A DNA stretch of 64,000 nucleotides from Centroscyllium fabricii (lineage: Eukaryota): NCBI GenBank assembly GCA_051313645.2, contig JBNRSN020000025.1, positions 30,132,001 to 30,196,000 of the forward strand. The letters are read 5' to 3'. The first letter of the stretch is position 1; each line of letters starts with the position of its first letter. The notes under the pieces are model-generated. The model saw only the letters and a program-made list of their open reading frames with translations, was not told the DNA's origin and ran no database searches. Both the position numbers and the translations under genes were made by a program. Of the stretch, positions 1-13,013 are shown piece after piece.

Positions 1-44
1 TAATTCCCTTAGAGTCCAAAAAGGGAATCAAGGGATATGGGGAT

Positions 45-308
45 TGTCATAAAACACGACTTCCTAAATAATCTCGGAAGAGTTACTGGTTGGACTTCCA
101 AACAACCTAGGAACAGTTACTGGTCGACCAGCTGAGGGCACCTGACCAGGAAGTATAAATACTGGGACTTAAGCACCAGTTTGAACAGAGACACTCTGGG
201 GCTTGGAGGCTAGTGACTGAACTAGCTCTCTGTCGTTATGTTATGTTATAAGTTGAATAAAGCCTTGCTTCATGTTCACTAAAAGCTTGGTAAGTCTTTA
301 TTACATCA
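45..308 (+). mobile_element. Solo LTR inserted in a CR1 3' end
   Basis: TG...CA ends, 5-bp TSD GGGAT (40-44 and 309-313), TATAAAT 154-160 and AATAAA 256-261. The flanks rejoin into a CR1-type tail. Confidence 0.8.
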
Positions 309-794
309 GGGATTAGATGGGAAATTGGAGTTGAAGTTGAAGATCAGCCATGATCTTCATGAGTGGCAGAGCAGGCTTTCACACACCAATACCAGGCTTG
401 CCTACTGTGCCTAATGCCATTGTTTTGCCATTTGGTAGGAGCTGTGACAGAGCTGTTTGTTTTCACTGCAGTGAACGAACTGCCAGTAACACTTCCAAGA
501 GGAGAAAACTTCAAAAAATGTTCCTAATTCCAAAAGCAATTGAACATCACAAAACCCGTTGCGTCAGCAATATAATGAAGTCCAACTCACCTCAAAGTTG
601 TCATCCCCTCTAGTTGCAACAGGCTCGGGCAATGGTGCCCTGTAGAGTCCTTGATCATATCATCCCAGACCCTCCAAACCCTTCCAAATCTGAGAGTGGT
701 CTTGTTCTGTTTTGAAGGTGTTAATCAGTTTTGAGGGAAGCTAATCCACTCCATACATCTAGCACTCTGTGAAAACAAAACTTCCTCTAATTTT

Positions 795-1098
795 TGATAA
801 ATAAGGAGAAATGGCAGAAGGGTCACCGATTTAAGGTGATTGGCACAAGAACCAGAAGCGACACGAGGAAAAAATGTTTTACACTGCAAGTTGTTGTGAT
901 CTGCAATGCACTGCCTAGAAGGGCGATGGAAGCAGATTCAATAGTAACATTCAAACGAGAATTGAATAAATACTTGAAGGGAAAAAATTACAGGGCTATG
1001 GGAAAATAGCGGGGACTAATTGGAGAGCTCTTTCAAAGAGCCAGCACAGGCATGATGGGCCGAATGGCCTCGTTTTGTGCTGTATCATTCTATGATTC
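795..1098 (+). mobile_element. CR1-type LINE 3' fragment
   Basis: GHRFKV...FTLQVVVICNALPRRAMEADSIVTFKRELNKYL is typical of the CR1 ORF2 C-terminus. It ends in an (ATTCTATG)-type tail. Confidence 0.85.
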
Positions 1099-1559
1099 TA
1101 CAGGGGTAATTTTAACCTATCTCACTGGGCGGGAAATCCACGGGATTGGTTGGATCTCTGGCTTTACACGCCCCCCGCAATATTCCTATCCGTTGGGCGG
1201 GGTGGAAGAGCAGCATTGAACTCGATCCCGTCAGTTTCTCGATGGGCAGGTTAGGTTAACATTGCCCCCCTGGTCTTCCCTGAGGCGTGCACATTTATAC
1301 CGAAGTCCTACAATCACAATGCAACTCAATTCCTCTATATTGCCCATAGCTGCTTTGATGTTCATGTGTCGCTGCACCTGAATGCTAGACCTGAACGCTA
1401 GTCTTCGTGGGCCAGCAAATGCAGTGGGTCCAGTGCCAATTGCATGTTTACTGACAGCGATGCCACTGAAGTGCGGTCACTGTGATCCCCACTTGGTGCA
1501 CCATGGCGTCATCTTCCGCCGGAGCCATGCCGCCAGCACCCTTTTATAGACACACAATA

Positions 1560-1921
1560 CAGGTCCACAATCCCTTATCCGCAATTCCGAAACTCGAAAA
1601 GCTCTGAAAACCTAAAGTTTTTTCGTGGAGTGTGCACGACATGACCCGAGTTGCGCCAAACATGACCCGATGCGGCCGACGCTTGACCCACGCAGGTGTG
1701 AGGCGTCAGCTGTGTCTCAGCGCTGCGACCAGTCACACGTGCTTCTGCTGCTCTCTGATATTTTTTGTTATTTTGTGATTTTAAGTTTAATTTCACTGTG
1801 AAAATGTCAAAAAGAGCTGCAGATACCCCTATGGTATATGTACCGTACTACCGTTCTGAAATCCGAAAAACTCCGAAACACATTTGGCCCCAAGGGTTTC
1901 GGATAAGGGATTGTGGACCTG
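1560..1921. mobile_element. Tc1/mariner-pogo (Tigger-like) MITE
   Basis: Perfect 22-bp TIR CAGGTCCACAATCCCTTATCCG with TA on both sides (1558-1559, 1922-1923). Confidence 0.9.
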
Positions 1922-4451
1922 TATAACATGACATGCATTGAAGTCCATTATTGTGTCACCTGCACACAGCATCATTGTGACGGAGATGATAAAGGGATTT
2001 GTCAAATGGGGATTCATAAAGACCAGTGTCCCTTTCACTGAATACTTCATTTTTTTTGCTTCCTGATTTCACTGCTGAACAGCCTGGCTCTAATTTTAAA
2101 ATTGTGTCCTCTTGTTCTGGGTTCCCCCCACCAGAGGAAATAAAAGCATATTCCTGCTCATCACTAGAGCAAGTCCTTCAACACGATGCAACACACAAAA
2201 TTAACGGGCAGGAAAAGATCAGCAAACCATGATGGCTGGAGCATCGTGACTAGACATTTCCCCCCCAATCCCTCCACAGCCATGTAATCTCCTGGAAGAG
2301 GCAAAAAAAAAAGAGGAAAAACCCAGGACCAGTAAGGGAACAAATACTCTGTAAAATTCCTCTCCGACCCCCTCAGGTGATTGAAACCAGTCCAGGAGAT
2401 CACACAGACCAAGTGTTATCGTCTATATGATGCGATCTCTGCCCCGGTCAAGAGCCGGTCCAGCTCCCTCTTGAAGGCTAACAGAGAGGCTCATTACTCT
2501 CTTGGAAAAAGGTCCTCAACAGATCCTGACAATTTATACACTTGCGGTGTGTGGGGTGATTTGCTGTCGGAGTAACACAATGTTGGCGAAAAGGTCCCAA
2601 AGATATTGAAAATGCTGGTTCCTGGGTGGATCTATCTACAATGTACCTCAAGATACTTAGATGAGAAGGAAGTAACATAGCAGAGCAGTAACAAAGGGAT
2701 ATGTCACATGACTCAAAGTGACATGTTGAGTTTGTAGCCCCTTACATTTTACATTTGGGCTTCCCGCCCTCTGTCTGTCTCCCCTCCTCCACCACCACTC
2801 GTACAACTGATCACTTAGGAGGCCAGATAGATAAGGCCCAGTGCTTTCAAGCCCCTTGATGAAGTGCATGGTGATTTGGGTTGGGAAGGTTGGTCTCTCT
2901 TCGATGCTTGTTCACTCACTCTGTGGAAGTCTCTTGCTGTTTTGGTGAAATCAGTACAATGTGGCATGTTGTGGCAAGGCAGATGTTTAGTGCCCGTGAT
3001 TCTTTATGGTGCGTTAGCAATTTCCAACGGGATGCCGAGGAGAAGAGGCAATGGGGAGGTCAGATGGTTCCTTATGTGGTCACAGCAGAATTCAGAAGGT
3101 GGGTTGAGCAGGGCTGCCTCTGTGCTGATGGTTGAAAATAGTCAATGACTATGGAATGGTGTTAAGGGATTTATCCTCTAATATTCCATCCTCCCGCACA
3201 CACATTTTTCCTCTTGTCCATGCTCTCTACGGTCAAAATGGCAGATAGGCGACCAGCTCCCAGGGCTCGAACTATGTTGCTTTGAAACTAGCCATCACGA
3301 TCGTGCAGGAGAGGGACCCAAGGGGGAATCTCCCTCTGATTTACCTCAGCTCCACCCGACAGCTATGATGATAGTCAGCAAGGTGCACCATCGCGCAATT
3401 TGGTGCTCCAATCTATACCTCCTTTCTGCATCATTACTGTCTCTCAGTCAGATGTCGCAGTAATCCTGTCTCCACGGTAGGGCAATTCTGGTTGCCAGTG
3501 CTCACAAGTTCGGCTTTAATGTTCCAAGTGTTGGCTTTTTGAAAATCTCCAGCACAAACACATTATCAGTCGGGAATCCTCTCACAATCTGCTTTTAACT
3601 TTTTGATGTTCCCCCCCTCATTTAAAGACTTTTGTCCATCCTTTCGTGCCGACTACCATTTTCTGGGTCACCTGCTCCTAGGCTTCGGCCTGTTCTGCCT
3701 TTGAGGTTGCCGTAGGAATGTGGACAAGATGATGATTCAGCCTCCAATTGCGCACCTAAAAATGACAAAGTGCTAGAAATATCTGGAGAAAGGAGGCACA
3801 CAAAGGTGCTGCTGCTAAGGTGGCGTCTCATCAGCAGTTACCCCTCTTCATAGCGAATGAAGTAACCGTAGGGTGAGGCAGTCCCACAGCAATGCCTGAG
3901 GCCACGCCCAGACCAGAGCGATGTATATTCATTCCACTCTGCTGAGTTGCCTGCACTGCTGGGAGGGGGGGGGGGGGGGAGGGGCGGCAGCAAATGGGAA
4001 TCAGACATTTTCCCACAGAGGCGATGAGAGAGAACATGAGAATTAGACAATTCACCATGTCCCTTCAGTATCGGTCCAGCCAAGAGCAGCATTGGTGGTG
4101 CCAGGGGCGAAGTCTACCTCACTAGCCACAGAAAAAAGTATTATCATGGATGGACAAGAATGGGGAGAAAATTGGGAGATGGTTTCGAGGTGCAACGCAC
4201 AGCCATACAGACCCAAGATACGAAATTAAGATGCCCAGTCTGCGCTGGATAATTGATCTCAGCTGGAGAATCCATAGATACTATAGTTGCGGATGCTGCA
4301 GTTGGCCTCGGTGCCATTGGGCTAGAGAGGTGAAAGAAATGGCTTCCAGCTCTTGACCACATTCCACTCACTCCTGTGGGAAAGGGCACGTGGGCTCACT
4401 TGTGATGCCCTACGTTGTTCGACAGCCTGCTGACACTCATTGTCTCGGCCT

Positions 4452-4630
4452 ACTTCTTCTTCTTAGGCAGTCCCTCGGAACCAAGGATGACTTGCTTCCA
4501 CATTAAAAATGAGTTCGCAGATGACTGATGAGTCCAATGTGGGACCAACAGTCTCTGTCACAGGTGGGGCAGACGGTGGTTGAAGGGGCAGTGCTTGGGT
4601 TGACGTGCGCTCCTTCCTTGGCCTGCAAAG
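4452..4630 (-). mobile_element. RTE-type LINE 3' end
   Basis: Minus strand encodes TVCPTCDRDCWSHIGLISHLRTHF* (CCHH finger), followed by a short UTR and an (AAG)n tail. Confidence 0.75.
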
Positions 4631-4643
4631 GATGTCCAATTGG

Positions 4644-4781
4644 TAGGGTTGCCAACCCACCAGAATTGCCCAAAATATTGGAGATGGGATAAAAGGCTGT
4701 TTGACAGGGTGGGGCGGTTGGAGCCCTGAGGTCATGTTATGAAACCTCCAGGTATCTGTCCAACCAGATTTGGCAACCCTG
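4644..4781. mobile_element. hAT (Blackjack-like) MITE, short copy; related copies at 15932-16288 and 51012-51381
   Basis: Ends are TAGGGTTGCCAA...TTGGCAACCCTG. The internal motif gaggtcatgt...cctccagg...tccaaccaga is shared by all three copies. Confidence 0.65.
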
Positions 4782-4844
4782 CACTCAGGTGAGGTTTCAG
4801 AGGGCACCATTAAACCATACGCCAGCTGGAGAAAAGAGACAAAG

Positions 4845-5455
4845 AGAAGGTGCGGTCCAGGGAAGTGAAAGTCCAGGGATGGGAAGGGAGAAATGTTGAG
4901 GTCCAGGGGAAGGGAAAGTCCAAGGAAGGGAAGGGAGAAATGTTGAGGTCCAGGGGAAGGGAAAGTCCAAGGTAGGGAAGGTGAGGTCCAGGGGAAAGTG
5001 AGGTCCATGGAAGGTGAGACCAGGGAAGGTGAGGTCCAGGGGAAAGTGAGGTCCATGGAAGGTGAGACCAGGGAAGGTGAGGTCCAGGGGAAAGTGAGGT
5101 CCATGGAAGGTAAGACCAGGGAAGGTGAGGTCCAGCGAAAGTGAGGTCCATGGAAGGTGAGATCCAGGGAAGTTGAGATCCTGGGAAGGTGAGATCCAGG
5201 GAAGGTGAGGTACAGGGAAGGTGAGGTCCAGGGGTAGGTGAGGCCCATGGAAGGTGAGACCAGGGAAGGTGAACCAGGGAAGGTGTGGTCCAGGGAAGGT
5301 GAGGTTCAGGGAAGGTGAGACCAGGGAAGGTGAGACCAGGGAAGGTGAGACCAGGGAAGGTGAACCAGGGAAGGTGAGACCAGGGAAGGTGAGGTCCAGG
5401 GAAGGTGAGACCAGGGAAGATGAGGTCCAGGGAAGAGAAGGTGCGGTCCATGGAA
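4845..5455. repeat. Purine-rich minisatellite, 15-16-bp units
   Basis: Repeated GGGAAGGTGAG(G/A)(T)CCA. It generates the spurious LTFPG/PHLPW ORFs. Confidence 0.95.
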
Positions 5456-8391
5456 GCTGAGCTCCAGGGTTGGGAAGGGAAAGAAAATCAGGGAAGTTAA
5501 AAAAGAAACACAGTAACACACCCTCCAGAAATGACCCGATAACCAATCCATTGGAGGACATCATAGTGCCAAGAGTCAAAATGTTGCCCAGAGAGAGAGA
5601 GAAAGTTAGTGAGCTTCAATCAATATATACTGGAAATAAATTTAACAAACTAACATGAGGAGATTTTTCTTTGTTTTTTAATTTACAGCAGAAAGGATTA
5701 TAAAGCATTCAAAAACATCTTACATAATTTTTAAGGGCAATTTAAAATGTTTGCATGACTCTGGCAGCTGGGCTAACCCTTGTAAAGCTTCTAAACAGCT
5801 GTGACCCAGCGACACTCTCACATGCAGACATACAAAAACAGGAAAAAAGAAAAAAAAAGGTAAAATTAAAAGGGGTAAAAAGAGAGAGTGAGAGAAGAGG
5901 GAGAAAGAGGAAAAGAGAGAGGAAAGAAAAGAGAGCGAGAGAAAGAAAAAAAGGAGAACCTACACTAGTATCACATGCAAGTGTCAGCAACCCCAGGAGT
6001 GTCGGAGCTTACATCACTGGGCTGCTGCGAGTGTGCAACAAAGCTTTGCATTTTCTAGAATTTTCTTTTTTTAAAGTTTTTTTTGTGCAATGTTATGACC
6101 TGTTTTTCTAATTTCAGATGAACAGATGAAGTGGACATTCTCTCCATTACTGTCAGATTTGTTTTTTTTCTCGTATATATTTTTTTAAATTTATTGTGTG
6201 TGTGTGTGTGTGTTTCTGTGTATATGCATCATTTTTTTCACGGTATTTAACACACGGTATTTAACATAAAAATGTCTGTTAATCTTTCTTTTCAAAGAGT
6301 GATTTATGGTATAATGCTATATATATATATATTATATCCTTACAGTAATCTGCTCAGCAAAGATTATAACTTAATGTCGTGTCTTTTCATTTAGCAATAC
6401 AGCATTCACATTACTTGGCACCCATTGGCAAAGGAGATAAGTCTTGGTAGCCAAACAGAAAAGAAATATGTAAACGTAAACTTTTCAGTTATATCATTTT
6501 GCTGTTTGTTTTCTAATTCTAAGTACAGTAGTTTTTTTTTGCAATTAATCATGCTTTAGCAAAAATGCCCTTCTAAAGAACATTTAAAATAAGGAATTCT
6601 TACAGTGAAATAATTTTTTTTTCATTTTACAGGTCGTTTGCCTCTAATATTTCCTTTTGTTTTGTTTTTTTTCATTACAGTCATGCACATATCTCCGTTG
6701 TTTTTTTTTTCATCGTTTTAAGTATATATACAATATATACAAACAGTATATCCACATTGCTAGCTCATTCAGATAAAACTGTACAAATTCCCATTCTGCC
6801 TTCACCAATCTCATAACCACGCACAGTAAAATAATTCATTGTTGGCATCCCCCGTTTGTTCATTCAGTTTGCACTCATTTCCCTATCATGTTCTTCTATA
6901 TATACAGAGTCCACCCAGGTTACTGACAGTAGCCAAGAATATGGACATTACTGGCCAGCAGAATACATCATACTAGTCTTTATTGGCTTGTATGATGTCA
7001 AGGCAATGAATGTGACCCCTCAAAAAATCGTCCTATTTTTGAAAGGCTAAAAAAGCTTAAATGCTTTTTAAAACAAAAAAAGAACAAAAAAAATAAATTA
7101 AATAATCAAAGCTTTAAATAAACTATTTATATATTATATATATATTAAAAAAAAGTTCAGACTAAATAAAAAGTTATAAAGTAAGGCAAAATAAAGTGCT
7201 GGACGTGACAGGACACTAGCTAGGTGACAGTGACTGTTAAGGAAGAAAGGTTTTGGGAGTTTTTTGGAAAAGACTAACACCCAGCTTATGTGGCACTTTC
7301 CCTCCTGCCCACGCCACTCCAATGTCCTTCTTTTGCTCTGCATTGTGGCCAGGTAGAAAAAAGCTAGGGAGCGTCTACCTCAAACACGTGGGGTGTGGGA
7401 CCCTCACCCTTCATGTTCTCCATGCACCATCTGGGTTTCGATCTACGTTAAACCGACCAGAATCACCGGTCGGTCACAGGCTGAAGTGTGCGTGTTTCAT
7501 ACATCATGAACTCAAAGTCAAAAAAAACACAAGAGCTGATCATTTTTTTTTTGCTGTCACAATGATTTTCACGGCATGATTCACATCTGCTGAAGAAACA
7601 AAATGAAAGATTGCAAGGGCCTTTTCCATGGTGCCTGCCAAGAGTTAACATACCCTGGATGGGAGGAAATAATTTGTCCAATTTTTTATTCGTTCATTCA
7701 TTTTCATTCCTCCCCCCATCCCTTTTGTCCTCAGTTTAAGTGGGGAATGATTGGAAACTTCCTGCATTCAACAGGCTGCCAGTCAGCGATAATGCTTCAA
7801 CAGCTTTGCCAATGCATCAACAGACAGTGTGCCTGTGTAAAGGCAAAGGAAATGCTCCCTCCTGGAAATATTGACGTGCTTTACACTTCCTAACTATCAT
7901 TCCATGTTTTAAACAGCGCAGGTCATTCTGGGAGCATTCTGTGATTTAAAACAAAGCTAAAAAGAAAAAGAAATGTGCGGCTTTCAGTGTCGATCACATC
8001 CATTCAGAGTGAAGCAGTTTTCTACCTAACCACAGCATTGGGCCCTATGTTGATAATGAATGAATGAAGGGTTGGTTGGGTTTCTGTCTATATCTCAGTT
8101 TAAACCTAATCTGAATCATCTACCCATTTACAACTGGAAAATAGATGGCCCAATAGAAGGCATTGTCTTGCTTCAATTTCCCCGAATGGTACAGGATCTA
8201 GAAAACGAGGCAGTGCCACCTTCAACATTGTTGGTCTCGTAAGGCCTTATATGTGTATGGGAAGGTAGGACTAGTTTGAATCTCCGTACTCTTCCCACAA
8301 ACACGTTTGGGGAAATCAAAAAACCTCTCTGTCACTAGTCTTTGGTCTTCACAAAGACCAGGCCAATTACCAGCTGCTGGTGAAAGGACTT

Positions 8392-8676
8392 ATTTAGGGG
8401 TAAGCCATTTAGGACAGAGATGAGGAAGAATTTCTTCACCCAGAGACTGGTGAACCTGTGGAATTCTCTACCACAGAATGTAGTGGAGGCCAAGTCATTA
8501 AATATATTCAAGAAGGAGTTAGATATATTTCTTAGAGCTAAAGGTATCAAGGGATATGGGGAGAAGGCAGGAACAGGGTACTGAGTTTGGATGATCAGCC
8601 ATGATCTCATCGAATGGCGGAGCAGGCCCGAGGGGCCGGATGGCCTACTCCTGCTCCTATTTTCTATGTTTCTATG
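8392..8676 (+). mobile_element. CR1-type LINE 3' fragment within the putative UTR
   Basis: Encodes MRKNFFTQRLVNLWNSLPQ, followed by the tail gatcagccatgatctc...ggcctactcctgctcctat. Confidence 0.85.
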
Positions 8677-10044
8677 ACATAGAAGATAGGAGCAGGAGTA
8701 GGGGACGAACTTACTGCCCTGTTCCAGCAGTGGCGGTCACCATTTTCCGAGGGTCCACAGAATAGGCGGCCAGGGGCATGGCTGACATAGGCATTTAAAT
8801 TGGGATCCTACCAGGTCACTGGGACCCTGATGCCATTTGCAGACTCGACTGGGTGGAGCCCTGCTCTCCGCCCGCCATCAGCAGGCGGTCCAGTCCCCAC
8901 AAGAGCCCAAAGGTGAGTACTTCTTTATTTTAGTGGGGCTGGGAGGAGCAGGATTGGTCTTCCGGGCTCCACAAGAATAACCCGGGGTCGCTGCCGAACC
9001 GGGTCTGCAACCTCCCCCCCCGCACTGAGATCGGACACCCTATTTCCGAGCCCGAAGTCTGGACGCGCCTTCCTGCTAATGCTATCAGGCTGCCGGCTGG
9101 GGCAGAGAGAAAATCTTGCACCGCGTCTGAAAAATGAGCACTTGGGATAAAATAAAGAAAGGACTTCCACGACATCAGGACGTCCCAAGACGCTTCACAG
9201 CCAATGAAGCACTTTTTTGAAGTGCAGTCGCTGTTACAATGTAGGGAAACGTGGCAGCCAATTTGCACACAGCAAGCTCCCACAAACAGCAATGTGATAA
9301 TTCTGTCAGATAGTCTGTTTTTAGTGGGGTTGGTTGAGGAATAAATATTGGCCCAGGACATGGAAAGCACCAGGGGCTATGAACTGTAGCCAGCAATGGC
9401 CTTCAAGAGAGGAGGATAAGGGAACAGTGAAAAATATTGGAGAAAAAAACTGATGGCAGGATGTGTTCACAGACACACACGGGGCCTCTTGTGTCGGTTT
9501 TGGGCGTCTATCTCAAGATGACCTGACGCAGCATCTTCAAATCTCTCTCAGCTCCTGCAATACTCTTAGCTTTAATAACACATTTTTAAAACAACTCTAC
9601 AATAATACTTTATACACATGCAGTTGCTCCATTATTTAATTGTTCTTATATTATCTTGTTTAAATGACCCACACACTTCAACGTAGCACCTGAGGGGGTT
9701 CTGAATACTCGGCTGGCTAAATACGGCGCATGCTGTATATTTTTATACAGTATGTATATGCTGCAGGATACTCTACCGAACTCGATCGATGCATAAAGTT
9801 AGAAATTGATTGAGGTTAAGACGCGATAAATCCACTCATTTTGTATATTGCACATGATTCCTCGAACTGGGAGTGAACTGGACGTTGCAGGGAGTCGGGA
9901 TGCAAGGAGTTAAGATACAGCGGTCTTTGGCTGTGTTTACACTCAGTCTGTCTCTGGGGTGTTCAGTCCTGGTGCTATTTTGGGATCTGCAACATTTACA
10001 CAGACTGCTGACTTTATGACAACACCTAAATAAAGACTGTACCG

Positions 10045-10390
10045 TGGCGTGGTGTGGTACTGAGTCGCACAGGCCACAAAAGGTCTGAGGTTTCTTCACT
10101 GGCCCGTGCTAACTGATCTGAGCCAGGGCAACGAGGACAGCTGGGGGGGGGGGGGGGGGGGGGAGGGGGAAGGAAGACAGGGAAAGATCAGCGGGTTTCC
10201 CTGCTCCTGGTTGTGATCTAGCCAGCCCTGCTGGAAGAGCGTGCGCGTCGGCATTGGGTGCGGATTCGGCTGTGATGCCCCCCACGTTCAAACAGCCTGC
10301 CAATGCCCACTCTCTGGGCCCACACATAAGTATGGATGTGGTAGCAGAGGGTATGTGAATGCCCATGGTACCCTGGCAAGGACTCAAGAG
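10045..10390 (+). mobile_element. Old unclassified SINE-like family; related copies near 4190-4450, 15560-15760, 22195-22490, 42920-43275, 53740-54050 and 60660-60925
   Basis: Shared degenerate motifs (gctgatctcagc, gggttcctgctcctg, ggctgtgatgccccc..aatagcctgcc) recur in both orientations. Confidence 0.55.
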
Positions 10391-11807
10391 ATTTGGGGGG
10401 GGAGGATGGGGGCAAAAGCAGAGACTACCATCCCATTAGCACTCACTCCAGTGCTTGGCTGTTCCTCATTTTTTGTACCAGTTACATTAGTAAGCTCTCC
10501 CTACAGTGCAGACCCTATTGGACTGTCTCTGGCTTAAAGTTGCCAGCGTATTCATCAAGCTGGCTCCAGCAGACGCGAATATTCCCAACACCTTGATTCA
10601 GCCCAGCGTCCTGTCTAATGGCTCAGGGCCAGGAGTCTCCCAAAATGGCGTGGCTCTGGGAGCCTGATCTCAGCGGTCGTTAAGCCCTGCAGCACCTGAT
10701 TCCCTTCGCGGCTTTCAACCGAGCGCCTGTTGATGAACAACTGAAACACTGATTGGTTTTGCATTATTGAGGATGAACATCAAAGGAGCGCACACACACT
10801 GACTGCAAGAATCCCCAGCCTTCCCCTAATACACTGAAAAAATCATAGCCTTGTGCTACTCTGTACGTTTGGCCCCAAGAGGCTACAGTTGGTCCTTAAA
10901 GGGTTATTAGGACTGCAGTCCTTCTGATATGGAGGGTTCCATTCAGGGGTGAAGAGTAGAGAGAGAAGGCGGGGGGGGCGGGGAGGGAAATGTACCAGGT
11001 TATCCAGAAATGGGCACTTGACCCAGTTATCTGAATGGAACCATTATAACGCAGCCACTGGCCACTTTCATATTTTGGCAACTTGCACAACACCTGCACC
11101 GAACATCTTGAGGAAGGGCCTTTCTCTCCTTCTCCCTCCTCTCCTCTCCCCTATCCCCCCAACCTCCGCCACCCCCCCCTTCACCCCGAGTCTGGTCTAT
11201 CCCAGTATATTGTTTCGGTACGTTGTCTGATAGCCGGACTTGGATAAAAGCAAGGAAGAGGGTAGAAGAGAAAAAACCCTAGGCCTTGTATTGGACCAGT
11301 TCCTATCACCACAGTGCGGCCTTGGTAACACCCAACAAGCGGCACATGCAATACCTGTAACTCCCTGGCTCGGGCTATTCGGCCACATAAGCTGCGCATC
11401 ACCTTTCCTTTCAGTCTAATACTCCCCTCAGTCCACTCACCTGCTTTTCTTCACTTTTTTTTTGTTTGATTTCTCTACATACATTTGCTTATTCCTGACA
11501 ATAAACCCCCTTTTTTTTTGTGTTGCAAACCTTGACACAAGTTTACAGTACTACGCACCAGGCTGGTAAAGAGGTTATTTCATTCTACAAGTTAGTTTTC
11601 AAGTTCTTAAAACAATAAATTGCAAGTTCTATGGCGCCTTGTTTTGTTTTCTTTAAAAAAAGTTCCATAAAAGTGCCGATGTGGTCGAGAGAAAAAAAGT
11701 TTCTAGAGCCTTGTTGCGATGAGAGTGTTGCTAATCTTCCCAAATCTCTAGTGATCTTTTGTAAATGTCTCTGATATAAACGTAAAGAAAACAGTCAGGA
11801 AGCAATG

Positions 11808-11871
11808 TTACATTGCTATGGGGTGCTTCTGTAAATCTTCAGGTTCCTTGGCCTTTCTCAATTCTTTCACT
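11808..11871 (-). CDS. CAMTA1: CAMTA1 terminal exon coding part, frame used when the 31-nt exon is skipped ((R)VKELRKAKEPEDLQKHPIAM*)
   Basis: CAC AG|A GTG AAA GAA TTG AGA AAG GCC AAG GAA CCT GAA GAT TTA CAG AAG CAC CCC ATA GCA ATG TAA. It resembles the recalled alternative C-terminus RVKELKKAKELEDIQQHPLAM. Confidence 0.85.
11839..11871 (-). CDS. CAMTA1: CAMTA1 terminal exon coding part, frame used when the 31-nt exon is included (SERIEKGQGT*)
   Basis: ctctctccctcccttcag|AGT GAA AGA ATT GAG AAA GGC CAA GGA ACC TGA, with a strong polypyrimidine tract. It matches the recalled CAMTA1 C-terminus. Confidence 0.93.
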   Translation of the reverse strand, partial: SERIEKGQGT

Positions 11872-12216
11872 CTGAAGGGAGGGAGAGAGAGGGAAAAAAG
11901 AGTAAAATCAAGTTACAGACATTAGTCAACAAATATACCAAGGATGCAATAACAAGGAGTGACCGGTAACATCACTAGTTAAAGGGTAACAATACCTAGG
12001 ATACAGCACAGGAGGCCATTCAGACCATTTTGCCTGTGCCAGCTCTATGAACGAGCTACCCAATCAGTCCCACTCGCCTGAGACTGCAAGGGAGCAAGCG
12101 CCTCAAAAAAAGGTTCAAATGACCTTGTGAACCAGACTGTAATCTGTGCACTGGGTGAGGCAGTGGGTTATGCTTTCACCTCTGGGACCCCGGCCTCAGA
12201 TCCGGCCTAGACTATT

Positions 12217-13013
12217 GGGGGGGATTTCGCCGGAAGTGCGGGAACCTGGTGGGGATTGGTCGGGGCGGGTTCCTGTCCCGCGGGTTCCTGTCCCGCCTGA
12301 CCAAAGACCTGGGAATTTTAATTTAATTGAGTTGTTAAATCCCCGCCTGTGGCAGCCGGTGGTAATTGACTCAATCGAGTCAGGCTGCAGCGGGGCTCGA
12401 GCAGTTTGATTGACAGTTCCAGCACTGGTTGTTGACAGTTCCCATGGAAACACTCCACTGTGACATCACAGTCGAGTGGAACCAATGGGAAAGGTCAAGT
12501 ACTGGTGACTGACAGGTGGGCGGGCGGGCTCTGAATCCTTTACAGCTCGGCACCGCTGTGAGCAAATGTGCAAAGCTGAGGTTTCTCAGTTTCTGCTCAC
12601 AGCTGGTGCAGACAGCACGGAGTAACTTACTCCTCTAAGGTGCTGGAGGCATGCCAAGCATTTGGCAGCATGTCCTTTCCCACCTTGAAGGAGAAAGTAA
12701 TGACCAGCGCTGTGCTCCCGCTGGGTTTCACCCAGTGTGGTTTAAGGTGACGGAGAATGGGTGGGAAACAGCTACAAATGGCTTAGGGCCCTTAAAATGG
12801 CATTAAACATGCCAATTAAGGGCCCTTAACGAGGTGACAACCCATCCCCGCCGGCGGGAAGGTTTCGGGGCGGGGAATCAGGGCGGGGGAAAATGTTAAA
12901 GCGGCGGGGATCCGGCGGGGGGGGGGGGGGGGGGTCGCGACCCACTGGTTGCGCTATATTGCCGGCCGACCCGCTGAAAACCCCGCCTCACGGGGACATG
13001 AAAATCCCCCCCC
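12217..13013 (+). mobile_element. PIF/Harbinger-type non-autonomous element, family A
   Basis: GGGGGGGATTT...AAATCCCCCCC ends. Highly similar along its length to 14762-15549. Confidence 0.75.

Larger units (their letters stand above)
5655..11807 (-). other. CAMTA1: Putative long CAMTA1 3' UTR, interrupted by repeats at about 8.3-10.4 kb
   Basis: Follows the stop codons. AU-rich non-repeat blocks lie at 11400-11807 and 5650-7900. Candidate poly(A) signals on the minus strand are ATTAAA 5677-5682 and AATAAA 6190-6195. The distal end is inferred. Confidence 0.5.

Noticed and set aside
4463-5579. Overlapping 213-261-aa ORFs
   Set aside because: Read-through of the 15-16-bp minisatellite plus MITE and RTE remnants.
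1-5600. A downstream neighbour gene such as VAMP3, expected from mammalian synteny
   Set aside because: No recognisable exon or CpG-island promoter; the region is mostly repeats.
11801-11817. AGCAATGT-T-ACATTGCT palindrome over the second stop codon
   Set aside because: An 8-bp arm is too short to distinguish from chance in 64 kb.
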